The notes below the pieces were generated by a model that saw nothing but the letters and a program-made list of their open reading frames with translations, did not search any database and had not been told where the DNA came from. Both the position numbers and the translations under genes were made by a program. A DNA stretch of 64,000 nt, from NCBI GenBank assembly GCA_977017645.1, contig OZ360253.1:34534001-34598000 (forward strand), read 5' to 3'. Each line of letters starts with the position of its first letter. The first letter of the stretch is position 1. This document shows, one piece after another, positions 24,827-36,167 of this stretch. This stretch comes from Torpedo marmorata (lineage: Eukaryota).

Positions 24827-25379
24827 TTTGCCATGTGAGTGAAACGTTGGTTACCCTTTACTTCCTCTGGACGCTGCGTGACCTGCTGAGTTTCTCCAGC
24901 ACGTTTGTGCACTGCACTCGACTCCACATCCTGCAGACTTTCTTGCATCACCCCTTATAAAAATTTTAACTATTTGCTCTGCATCAGCCACACTCCCTGG
25001 ACCTCACTGCCTCCTCATGGGATTTCCCCCAGTTCTAATCCTCTTTCGAATTCCTTCATCAAAATGCAGTCACCACCATCACTGCCCACGTCGTCCCAGA
25101 GATTGTCTCCACAACTTAGTACATCACCCAGCCCCAAAACCTGCAAGCTGTTCGTCCACTTTGTTGGCGAGCCACAGCAAAACGTACAAGAAACAAGTCA
25201 TACAAACACCCTCTCACCATCACTCATAGAATTGGGATCTCACGGAAAGAGGTCCATCAGCTGTGGCTCGTGTGAGGTCAAAAATAGCATTTGATGAGGG
25301 GAAATGTCTAACAATTATTGGGACATTTCAGAATACAGCAAAGGACCCAGGGGTTGATAAGCAAAGGGGAGACCGGATA

Positions 25380-26500
25380 CAAGAATGCTGTAGTTTAAAA
25401 CACACAGAAATGTTGGAGGAACTCAGCCGGTCTTGCAGCGTCCATAGGAGGGAAAGATACAGTATATTACTGACGTTTCGGGCCTGAGCCTTTCCCCAAG
25501 GTGTAAGCAAAAAGCATGCAGGCGTCTTAATTAAAGACAAGAGAGAAAGGAGGAAGAATGAGAGGGGGAGGAGTCCAGACCAACAAAAGGTGTTACTTGG
25601 ATATGATAAGAGGAGAGGTGAGAATTGATTTTGGCTCTGTGAAAGGAGACAGAGGGAAAAGGGAAGAGAGAGAGAGATAGACAGAGCTGGGGAAAGGAAA
25701 CAGGGGGGGAGAAGAATTGGCGGGGGGGGAGGTTTAACGGAAACCGGAGAAGTCAATGTTAATGCCATCCGGTTGGAGGGTGCCCAGACGGAAGATGAGG
25801 TGTTGTTCCTCCAATTTGTGGGTGGTCTCTGTCTGGCAGTGCATGAGACCATGGACAGACATGTCAGCAAGGGAATGGGACAGGGAATTGAAATGGGTGG
25901 CCACTGGGAGATCCACGCTACTGCGGTGGACAGAGCCGAGGTGCTCAACGGAGCGATCTCCCAGTCTGTGCCCAGACTCTCTGATGTAGAGGAGACCACA
26001 ACGGGAGCACCGGATGTAGTAGATGACCCTCACAGAATCTCAAGTGACGTGTTGCTTCACTTGGAAGGACTGTTTGGGGCCCGAAAATAGTGGTGAGGGT
26101 GGACGTGTGGGTGCAAGTGGAGCATCTCCTACGGTCACAGGGGTAGGTGCCAGAAGGACGATTAGTGGGGACGGAGGAGTGGACGAGGGAGTCACAGAGC
26201 CAGCGGTCCCTGTGGAAGACGGAGAGGGGAATATGTGTCTAGTGGTGGGATCACGTAGTAGGTGGCAGAAATGGCAGAGGAGGATCTGTTGTATGCGGAG
26301 GCTGGTGGAGTGGTAGGTGAGGTCAAGAGGAATCCTGTCCTTGTTGCGTGTGGGTGCGGAGGGGGCCAGGGCAGATGTGCGGGTAGTGGAGGATTTGCGG
26401 GTGAGGGCTGAGTTGATGGTGGTAGAGGGAAAGCCACGTTGTTTGAAGGAGGAGAACATCTCTGATGATCTGGCATGGAAGACCTCATTCTGGGAGCAGA
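25380..26500 (-). mobile_element. Penelope-like element fragment (GIY-YIG endonuclease plus terminal repeat)
   Basis: VIYYIRCSRCGLLYI.E...RLGDR..EH, VATHFN and RLGTLQPDGIN; frameshifted. Confidence 0.85.
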
Positions 26501-27273
26501 ATGGTCTGGTGAGAGTTAATGGTCTGGAGAGAGTGCACGGAAAATTCAGGGACATCTGATACATGAGATGGCGGGCTTGTTGCATTTAGAGAGAGAACCT
26601 CTTTGGGCCTACACTCTCTCAAATCTGGCCTGATTTTATTGAAAAGTGTCACCACGGTCACAGTCCCAATATAAGGAATCGGCCATTCAGGACTGAGACA
26701 AATGAGAAATGTCTTCAACCAGAGTGGGGTGAATCCTTTAACTCTCTGTGAGAGCCCAGTCACCAAGGATATTCAAGGTAGAGATTGCAAGCAATTAAGG
26801 AATCATGTGGTTAGGGTGAGAATGTGGTGCTGAAGTAAATGATCGGCCACGAGGGCTTCTTCCTGCTTCTTTCCTCTCTTCTCGTCAGTGATGATCCTGT
26901 CTAGAGTAACCCTCCTTCCCTGTGGACCTGCAAACCATTCCATGTCAATTCTATCCCCTTACCTTTTGGAAACTGAGTAGAGCCCCGACAGACTCGGAGT
27001 AAACATTCTCCCCACATGTACCTTTGGCTTATAACATCAAAGCTGACACCACATCCCTGAACTATCCACTGAAGGGAAGAGCTTCCTTCCATTTATCGTG
27101 ATATTGACCACCTCCATCCCATCTCCTCTCAGAGTTTTACAGCACGGAAACAGGCCCTTCAGCCCAACTTGTCCATGCCGACCCAGTTATCTAACCAAGC
27201 TAGTCCCAATTGCTTGCGTTTGGCTCACAACCTTGTTTGTTCTGGGCAGTAGCCTGATTTTGCCCATCTAACC

Positions 27274-28659
27274 TCATAGCTGAAATGTTTCATCTCCTCC
27301 CTGCTCCTGTTCCTGAGGTTGTGCACACAAGCTCGCACTGAACTGCTGGCCCCACTGCGCTCCCAGGTCTGCTGTGTGATGAATGGGATCATCTGTCTGA
27401 GACTGAACCTTCCCTGCTCTCCACAAAGAACAGTGCACAGGGGGGAGAGTACCTTGGGTGAAGAGGAAGGCAGGTGTATTGGCTTCAACGTTGGTTTCAG
27501 TGTTGGTTCTCCTCGCGTTTTGAGTACTGTGCTGGCCAGCTGGTGCTTGGATCTCCTCCGGGACCTGCTGGGCAGACACTCCGAACCACCAGCCCAACCA
27601 ACCCTTGGCACGGCGCCTGAACTGCCGGTTCAGCAGAGCGTAGAGGACTGGATCCAGGACGCAGTTGGTGAAGGTCAGCCAGGTGACGAGGAAGTCCAAC
27701 GTCTTGACGGAGGCGCTTTCGGGGGGAGATCGGGGGCGAAGGTTGTTGATGAAGTAGGGTAGCCAGGTGAGGAGGAAGGTGGCTACCACGCCAAGGATGG
27801 TCTTGGCAGTCCTGGATTCCATAGCCATGTCCGAGGCGCTGCTCGCACTCAGGTTGAACGTGGAGTTGGAGGATACGAGGCTGGCCCCTCTGCGCGGAAG
27901 GCTGCCCTGCAATAGTCTGAGGGACTTGGACTCCTTGAGGACTACCTTGCCCTCGTGTCCAGAGGCCACGCTGCTGGTGAACCTCTGGGCCCTGGCAGAC
28001 AGATGCTCCCGTGTCACTCGGTATATCAAGTAATACGATGTGGTGACTGTCACCAACGACATCAGGTACACCCAGATGAAAAGGTAGATGCTGTACGCCA
28101 GACTGGAACCTCCGTCTGTCCAACTGTAGTCACACAAACACTTGGAAGGAGAGAACCTGTAAAGGCCAACACCAAACAGCGGTGGCATCCCACAGCACAG
28201 GCCAGCCCACCACAGGAAGACTATCGTCCTCTTTGCTTTCTCTCTCGTTACGGTGAGCGTGAATGGCCTGGTAATGATGTAATACCTGTCCACCGCGATC
28301 CCAGCCACACACAGGATGGAGACCAGCCTCAAGGAGAACGTCAGGAAGCCCGAGATCTGGCAAAAGGTGGCGCCCAGAGGCCACGTCCGGATCACTATCA
28401 CCGTGATGACGAAAGGGAGGCCCAGCACGACCACCAGCAGGTCGGCCAACGCCAGCGACGCCACGAACATGTTGGTGATGCTCCTCAGAGGCCGGGACTT
28501 GGAGACCAGCAGCAGCACCATGACGTTGAGAGGTAGCCCCAGGGCAAAGATGAGCAGGTAGAGGAGCACCTGGGTCGCAGTCTCTGCCAGCGAGGGCTCC
28601 GGGGGGGCAGTGCTGTTAGCCTCCAGGAACCCCGAGACCGAGGCAGGAAACCCATCCAT
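27274..28659 (-). CDS. Orphan class A (rhodopsin-like) GPCR, single coding exon, 461 aa
   Basis: Seven hydrophobic segments with N1.50, LALAD (TM2), WPLG-C, DRY, W4.50/PPLFG, an ECL2 Cys, FLLTWLPY (TM6), DPVLY plus helix 8 (LNRQFRR) and an N-terminal NST glycosylation site. ATG at 28659 in aacATGg context; in-frame upstream TAG at 28723-28725. Confidence 0.93.
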   Translation of the reverse strand: MDGFPASVSGFLEANSTAPPEPSLAETATQVLLYLLIFALGLPLNVMVLLLVSKSRPLRSITNMFVASLALADLLVVVLGLPFVITVIVIRTWPLGATFCQISGFLTFSLRLVSILCVAGIAVDRYYIITRPFTLTVTREKAKRTIVFLWWAGLCCGMPPLFGVGLYRFSPSKCLCDYSWTDGGSSLAYSIYLFIWVYLMSLVTVTTSYYLIYRVTREHLSARAQRFTSSVASGHEGKVVLKESKSLRLLQGSLPRRGASLVSSNSTFNLSASSASDMAMESRTAKTILGVVATFLLTWLPYFINNLRPRSPPESASVKTLDFLVTWLTFTNCVLDPVLYALLNRQFRRRAKGWLGWWFGVSAQQVPEEIQAPAGQHSTQNARRTNTETNVEANTPAFLFTQGTLPPVHCSLWRAGKVQSQTDDPIHHTADLGAQWGQQFSASLCAQPQEQEQGGDETFQL

Positions 28660-29184
28660 GTTACCAGGACAGTGCAAGCAGCCAGCCTTCCACTCAGCTT
28701 TGGGATGCCCATGGGAGCCGGCCTACGGGAGGGGGGGGCTCAGGAGATCCGTGCCGGCAGGACTTGCTCCACGAAATTTAACCCTTTACTGTCTGACAGT
28801 TCCTCGAGGCCAGGGGTCTCGCGCTTAGCTTCAGGCATTGGTGGGGACACCATCGTCCCCCTGGGCTCCAGGCAGACGATTCAGGGAAAGATCTGAGAGG
28901 AGAAATGAAATACAGATCACTGGAGATTTCTGAGGGAAGAGTGGCCCCATCAGCTATGGAAAGATGGTGTGAAGGAATCCAAGATGGTCAAAGTCATTTT
29001 GAGAGATATTCTAATCAATACAATGGGACAGATGGGAACCCACCACTCCTCCCATTCCACATATTATTCCCCACCCCCAACCCCCCCAAAAATGCATGAA
29101 CATTTCAAACATCTCCTCAGGCCAGAAACCTAAAATCAAACCGTAAGAAAATTTGTAAAGGGGGAAGAAATGCTCCCCCCTCTC

Positions 29185-29840
29185 CATAGAACATTGCAGC
29201 ACAGAGGCCCTTCGGCCCTTCTAGTCTGTGCCAAACTATTATTCTGCCTAATCCCACTGACCTCCATCCCCCTCCCATCCATGTACCTGTCCAAATTCTT
29301 CTTAAATGTTAAAATTGAGCCTGCATTCACCACTTCAGATGGCAGCTCGTTCCACACTCCCGCCACTCTCTGTGTGAAGAAGTTCCCCCTAAACCTTTCC
29401 TCTTTCACCCTTAACCCACGTCCTCTGGTTTGTATCTCACCTACCTTCAATGGAAAAAGCCTCCCTACATTCACTCTGTCTAGACCCCTCATAATTTTAA
29501 ATACCTCTATCAAATCTCCCCTCATTCTTCTACGCTCCAGGGAATAAAGTCCGAACCTGTTTAACCTTTCCCTGTAACTCAGTTCCTGAAGTCCGTGAAC
29601 ATCCCAGTAAATCTTCTCTGCACTCTTTCAATCTTATTGATATCTTTCCTGTAGTTAGGTGACCAAAACTGCACACAACACTCCAAATTTGGCCTCAACC
29701 ATGTCTTATACAACTTTACCATAACATCCCAACTCCTCTACTCAGTAATTTGATATATGAAGGCCAATATGCTAAAAGATCTCTTTACAACCCTATCCAT
29801 CTGTGACGCCACTTTCAGGGAATAATGTATCTGTATTCTC
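29185..29840 (-). mobile_element. CR1-clade LINE 3' fragment
   Basis: MRGDLIEVFKIMRGLD...FFTQRV..WNELP. Confidence 0.85.
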
Positions 29841-30584
29841 AGCCGCACAAAGCTCAGTCTGGGGCATCATGTGGTTGAAAGTGAAGTAAGAATTCACTAC
29901 CTCAACTGCTTTTATTCTCGGTTGTGTCGGGCAGGTCAAAGCTTAAACAAGAGCCGGGCCCTAAACTAAGGGTGGGGAGGCAGAATGTTCTCCTGTAGCC
30001 CACCCGAGCAGTTTTGGTTATGTTGGCATCGATAAATGCCCCAGGATTTGACGGTGGGACCAGATCTGAGATGTCGATTGGGAATGGCAGATCCGGGCCC
30101 GTCAGACTGAATTTCTTCACTCAGAGGGTGGTAGGAGGGTGGAACGAGCTTCCGGCTGAAGTGGTAGATGCAGTTCAATTTTAATGTTTAAGGAAAAGTT
30201 GGATAGGTATATGGACGAGAGAGGTGTGGAGGGTTATGGGCAGGGTGCGGGTCAGTGGGACCAGGTGGGAGAAGGTGTTCGGCATGGACTAGAAGGGCCG
30301 AACTGGCCTGTTTCTGTGCTGTAATTGTTATATAGTTATATATGGTTATAATATCCTGACAGCTCCTGGTCGATCTGGTCATTCTGTTTCTCTGGACCCT
30401 TCACCCAGTTTTGTTGAAGTAGGTTTACATCGGGCGGCACAACATTGTGGGCCAAAGGGCCTGTACTGTTCTGTAATGCACGTCCAGTGGTGGACGCCTG
30501 CACCAGTGTGGGGAGTGAGTCACCAGCCTGAACGCTATCAATAATGACGAGGGATTTGAGCACATGACTTGCCATCTACAAGGA

Positions 30585-30884
30585 GAGACATAGGAGCAGA
30601 AATAGGCCATTCAGCCCATCGAGTCTTCCCCGCCATTTAATCATGAGCTAACCCATTCTCCCACTCAGCCCCACTGCCCGGCCTTCTCCCTATAACCTTT
30701 GATACCCTGGCTAATCAAATACCTATCAATCTCTGCCTTAAAAACACCCAATGACCCGGCCTCCACAACCGCCTGTGGCAACAAATTCCACAGATTCACC
30801 ACCCTCTGGCTGAAGAAATTCCTCCGCAACTGTGTTCCCAGCAGATGCCCTTCAATCCTGAAGTTGTGCCCTCTTGTCCTAAGG
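30585..30884 (-). mobile_element. CR1-clade LINE 3' fragment abutting a hAT MITE
   Basis: RTRGHNFRIEG...FFSQRVVNLWNLLP. Confidence 0.8.
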
Positions 30885-31349
30885 CAATAGTTCTCAACCT
30901 TTTTTTCCCACTCACATACCACCTTAAGTAATCCCTTACTAACCACAGAGCACCTATTACTAACCACAGAGCACCTATTACTAACCACAGAGCACCTATT
31001 ACTAACCACAGAGCACCTATTACTATCCACAGAGCACCTATTACTATCCACAGAGCACCTATTACTAACCACAGAGCACCTATTACTATCCACAGAGCAC
31101 CTATTACTAACCACAGAGCACCTATTACTAACCACAGAGCACCTATTACTATCCACAGAGCACCTATTACTAACCACAGAGCACCTATTACTAACCACAG
31201 AGCACCTATTACTATCCACAGAGCACCTATTACTATCCACAGAGCACCTATTACTATCCACAGAGCACCTATGCCAGAGGTGCTCTGTGGTTAGTAAGGG
31301 ATTACTTAAGGATGTATGTGAGTGTGAAAAAAAATCTTAAGAACCACTG
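30885..31349. mobile_element. hAT MITE with an internal 16 x 21-bp tandem expansion
   Basis: Same family as 7349; TSD tcctaagg / tccttagg. Confidence 0.85.
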
Positions 31350-32389
31350 TCCTTAGGCGACAAGGACACCAGCTGATCTAAGTGGCACACCATCAGGGCT
31401 ACCTGCCTGGTCATTACAAAACACAAAATTGGGGAGGTTTCCACTGAATGTTAGTTGTACTGATGCCCCTGGTGCTCAGTGACATTAGTTAAACACATAA
31501 CCTACACAGACATGCAAGGCACTCAAAAACAAATCTTACACTGCCTTGAAAAGGGTTCGCCCAACTACCGAACTAACTCGTGTTCTGACCAACTCTGCTG
31601 CACAACCTCTGGCAAAAGTAAATTGCACTTCTCACAGTTGAGGAAACTGCTGGATCCAATCTCGCCTCAGACGAACTGGGATTTCTGCTGCAGCCTCTCT
31701 GTGTTGGTCCACGCAGGCCCCTCGGTGCTCTGTCCTCGGAGAGGGAGTGCCTGCTCCTGGGGTGACGGCGACTGGGTCAAATTCCTCGGCTCCTTGTAAA
31801 GGAAGCAGAGCGTTTCCTGCCTCTGTCCCCGTGCTCCTTTGTCGAATTAGCCCAGTCCCTCCGGCATTCCCCCTTCGGTCTGCGCACATCACCAGAGCAA
31901 GGGTGGAGGGAGATACGGGTGGAGAGAGGGGCGGGGGAAGGGAGAGAGCACAGCAGAGGAGGGGGAAGACACCGAGTCAACAGGGGCAGGCAGACGGAGG
32001 GGTGAAGGAAAAGGGGCAACGAGGGGGGAGGACGAGGATTTATCCTCACGGAGTGACCACTCAAGAGGAGCCACACGGAAAGATGGCAGGCAGATAGAAC
32101 CTGAGGACAGAGGCGTTGGAGAAAGGGAAAGGTACCTGTGAAAGGGGGTCAAGGAGCTGGGGAAGAAGTCGAAGCAGCAATGAGGGGGTTAAATTTCAGC
32201 GTTATTATTTCCCTGTTTGCATTACACTGATGCCTTAAGTCAGTTCCGCTAATTGTTATTAATCCATTGGCTCCAGAGAGGAGTGGAGGGAGCAGCTGAC
32301 TGGGGTGATTGGTGGTTTTAAAGTAAATCTGACCAGACGCTTCCTTCAACACTCCCAGCCCTCTATTCTGCAGCATTTCAGTCTGGGGT

Positions 32390-33272
32390 CAGGTTACAGT
32401 TTATGAACAAGGGACCTGCAAACCATTTATCCTGAAATAGAGGACAAATGCAATCGGTGTAACGGCTCCCCTTACCACCCAAGTCACGCGTTTTATCAGT
32501 GCCCCAAAATACAAGAGTTCTGCAGCAGAGTCTTCAGCACACTATCCAAAACATTTAAAGTCAATTTGCAACCCTGCCCGTTGACAGCAATATTTGGAAT
32601 CTCCGACAACTCCATAAATTCCCCGCAGAAAGACACGATAGCATTTACATCTCTATTAGCCAAGCACTGGAAGCCTGATCGGGGTCCCTCTATTACACAA
32701 TGGATTAAGGATATCAGTTTCTTTATTAAACTGGAGAAAATCAAATACACATTAAGAGGGTCCGCCAGAAAATTTGTCCATAAATGGCATCCCTTTGTGT
32801 GTTATTTCCATGAATTATGAGTGCTTTCAGAGTAAAAGACTAACGGTGAGACGGGTGTACCAGTACAATAGACAATAGGTGCAGGAGTAGGCCGTTCGGC
32901 CCTTCGAGCCAGCACCGCCATTCACTGTGATCATGGCTGATCATCCACTATCAGTACCCCGTTCCTGCCTTCTCCCCATATCCCTTGACTCCGCTATCTT
33001 TAAGAGCTCTATCTAACTCTTTCTTGAAAGCATCCAGAGAATTGGCCTCCACTGCCTTCTGAGCCAGAGCATTCCACATACCAATGATACTATCAGCAAA
33101 GGTGCCAAGGTGGTCAGGGAGTGGGGGGTCCGGGCGTGTATCTGAGGGTGTTTGTGTATATGTGTGTTGGTTTTTCTGTTAAAAAATGAAAATAGGAGCA
33201 TAATGTACATCTGTTATAATGTGTATGAAGTTGCTTTGATGTTCAATAAATACATTTTGGGGAAAAAAATAA
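32390..33272 (+). mobile_element. Degenerate L1/Tx1-like ORF2 C-terminal fragment, interrupted by a CR1 piece (about 32865-33077)
   Basis: H.FYQCPKI, PCPLTAIFG, WK..PSITQW and LEKIKY motifs; AATAAA and A-rich end near 33245-33272. Confidence 0.65.
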
Positions 33273-33768
33273 ACAGAGGATAGATTTAGAAAAAAAGAAC
33301 AAGGGATCTGCTTCTGGGTGAAGTTAACGAGGAAGGAGTGATGTGATCGGTTAACCTGACAACAACGAGCGCCCAACAGGTTGTGCGTGCAAAAGAGAGG
33401 CGTGAGGGTGCGTGTGAGTGGGCCTCTTTAGGAGCGTGCTAGTCTTGGTTTGTATACTATCGTCTTCTCAGATGTTTATCCGAGCCTGTCCCTAGAATGT
33501 TGTCCTGTTCCGGGACACGCCCTGCCCTCCCATCAGAGAGGGGTTGTTTGTGTCCAGTATTTCCTGTCGGGAGACAGAGGCTTCTATCAACAAGCATCCT
33601 AGCCCAAAGCCTGGCCTCCTCTTCCCTCCCCTGCAACTTAAACCGTGAGTAGGAGATCCCCTTGTTCCCAGAGTAGTGCCGAAGTTGGCTGGCTGCCAGG
33701 TGACCTCTTATTGATCTCCATTTTATGAAGTGAAGATTTGGCCCTAGGAGAAACACAACCGATCTGAT

Positions 33769-34135
33769 CAGTGGTTCTCAATCTTTTAGAACACAGAACA
33801 CTACAGTACAGACCCTTCGGCCCTCGATGTTGTGCCGACCCATATATTCCTACAAAAAAGATATCTAAACCCTTCCTACCTCGCAACCCTTATTTTTCTT
33901 TCATCCATGTGTCTAAGGGTTTCTTAAATGCCCCTATTGTTCCAGCCTCCACCACCATCCCTGGCAAGACATTCCAGGCACCCCACAACTTTCCGTGTAA
34001 AAAAGGCTTACCCCTGATGTCTCCCCTAAACTTTCCTCCCTTCACTTTGTAGAGATGCCAAAGGTGCTCTGTGGTTAGTAAGGAATTACTCAAGGTGGTA
34101 TGTGAGTGGGGGGAAAAAAAGGTCGAGAACCACTG
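33769..34135. mobile_element. hAT MITE whose left arm is replaced by a CR1 3' fragment (about 33790-34030, - strand)
   Basis: Both TIRs present and right arm intact. Confidence 0.65.
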
Positions 34136-34211
34136 GAATTTGACCCTATCCCACAACATCTGCATTTGACAAGGAGTATCAATCAGAACCAAGTCCCCAT
34201 TGGCTGATAGT

Positions 34212-35190
34212 TCAGAATCAGAATCAGAATCAGAATTTATTGTCATGAACAAGTCATGAAATTCGGTGCTTTGCGGCAGCATCATAGTGCAATTAACATT
34301 CATATTAACCATTCTAACGACATTACTATATAAAATTATAAACAATAGTGCACTAGTGTCTTTGGTTCATTGATTGTTCAGGAATCTGATGGCAGCGGGG
34401 AAGAAGCTGACCTTGTGCCGTTGAGTGCTCGTCTTTAGGCTCCTGTACCTTTTCCCCGATGGAAGCAGCGTGAAGAGGGCATGGCCTGGGTGGTGGGGGT
34501 CCTTGAGGATAGAGGCTGCTTTATTAAGACATCGCCTCATGTAGATGTCCTCGATGGAGTGAAGTTTGGTGCCCGTGATGTCACAAGCCGAGGTAACAAC
34601 CTTCTGGAGTTTGCACTTGTCCTGGGAGTTGGCACCACCATACCAGGCAGTGATGCAACCAGCTAGAATGCTCTCCACGGTACACCTGTAGAAGTTCACA
34701 AGAGTCTTTGGCGACATACCGAATCTCCGCAATCGCCTCACAAAGTATAGCCGCTGACGAGCCTTCTTTGTGATTGCATCCACGTGGATGCTCCAGGACA
34801 GATCCTCGGAGATGTTGACACCCAGGAATTTGAAGTTCTTGACCCTCTCCACGACTGAGCCCTCGATGAGGACTGGGTTGTGTTCCCCTGACTTCCTCCT
34901 GAAGTCCACAATCATCTCCTTGGTTTTACTGACGTTGAGCTCGAGGTTGTTGTCATTACACCATTCAATGAGCTGATCTATCTCCCTCCTGTACGCTTCC
35001 TCATTGCCGTTTGTGATTCTGCCGACAACTGTGGTGTCATCGGCAAACTTGTATATGGCATTGGAATTGTGCCTGGCCTCACAGTCATGAGTGTATAGCG
35101 AGTAGAGCAGTGGGCTAAGCACACATCCTTGGGGTGCGCCTGTGTTGATAATCAGTGAGGAGGAGACGTTGTTTCCAATTCGTACTGACC
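34212..35190 (-). mobile_element. Rex1/Babar-like LINE 3' fragment with an open RT segment
   Basis: PQG..LSPLLYSLYTHDC and KFADD RT motifs; (TTCTGA)n tail. Confidence 0.9.
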
Positions 35191-35616
35191 AGGGTAGTTG
35201 GCTGTTGGCAGGATGATAGACCCAGACAAGTTCTTGCTCCTTAATCCATAAGCAACTGCCCTTCTAAAATTCTCATCCTGTGTTTTAAATCCACCAGCTC
35301 CTCCCTCCCCATCTCTGTAACCTCTTGTTGAAATGTACAAAATTCTTAGGGAGGGGTTGGTTTCCCTAGACTGTGGGGTCTTCCCACATCCAGGCCCTGG
35401 GTAAAACCCACTGGTGGGACTGATCATCACACTGAAATGTCACCTGCTTCACTTCAGGCACTGCATGATCTGCTCAGCATTTCCAGCTTCGGATTATTTC
35501 ACATTTTCTTGACCGGTGTAATTATGTTTCCTGACGGTCAAATACACGTTGTCCCTTCCCATCCAGGTCTATGGAGAAACAATTCAAATACTCCCACACT
35601 TGCAGCCACAATACAC

Positions 35617-35830
35617 ATGCAGACACACACACGCGCAGACACACACACGCGCAGACACACACACGCGCAGACACACACACGCGCAGACACACACACGCGC
35701 AGACACACACACACGCAGACACACACAGTCAGACACACACTCAGGCACACACACACTCAGGCACACACACACTCGCAGACACACACACGCGCAGACACAC
35801 ACAGTCAGACACACACTCAGACACACACAA
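35617..35830. repeat. CA-rich compound microsatellite
   Basis: (GCAGACACACACACGC)n. Confidence 0.9.
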
Positions 35831-36024
35831 GCTGCAAATACAGCAAGAACAAAAACAGCCTTTGGTGCTGGAATTAAAAGCAGGAATCATTCTGGTGAAA
35901 ACAACACATTCCAACAGCATCCGTTGAGAATAAACAGGATACCAATTTGAATGCTGAAGTCTTAATTTTCTTCATCAGATTATACTGAAATACAACCAAC
36001 CACCTGGAGCATTCCAGCCCAATT

Positions 36025-36030
36025 TTTATT
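36025..36030 (-). terminator. STRC polyadenylation signal AATAAA
   Basis: TTTATT on the + strand, about 60 nt after the TAG. Confidence 0.6.
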
Positions 36031-36087
36031 CATTATTTAGTACAAAAAAAAATCAGAATCCAAATCCAGCATAAATCCATTGTCAGT

Positions 36088-36167
36088 CTAACCAGCCCCA
36101 AGACTGTAGGTCACTGAGAGGCCCAGGTAGAGGACAAAGAGTTTGAACGAAGCAGCAGTATTCTTGC
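36088..36167 (-). CDS. STRC: STRC terminal exon (GKNTAASFKLFVLYLGLSVTYSLGAG-stop), GPI-signal-like tail
   Basis: Acceptor cttgcag; the phase-1 join gives QRGKNTA (human QQGRSTA); hydrophobic tail; AATAAA about 60 nt downstream. Confidence 0.8.

Noticed and set aside
22553-24951. 749, 711 and 499-aa repetitive ORFs, and a CRISPR-like periodicity of about 32 bp
   Set aside because: A head-to-tail minisatellite with no unique spacers and no cas genes, in a eukaryotic context.
27274-28677. Reading the GPCR as an opsin or aminergic receptor, or starting it at 28677
   Set aside because: No Lys at 7.43 and no Asp at 3.32; 28677 is a TTG and the first in-frame ATG is at 28659.
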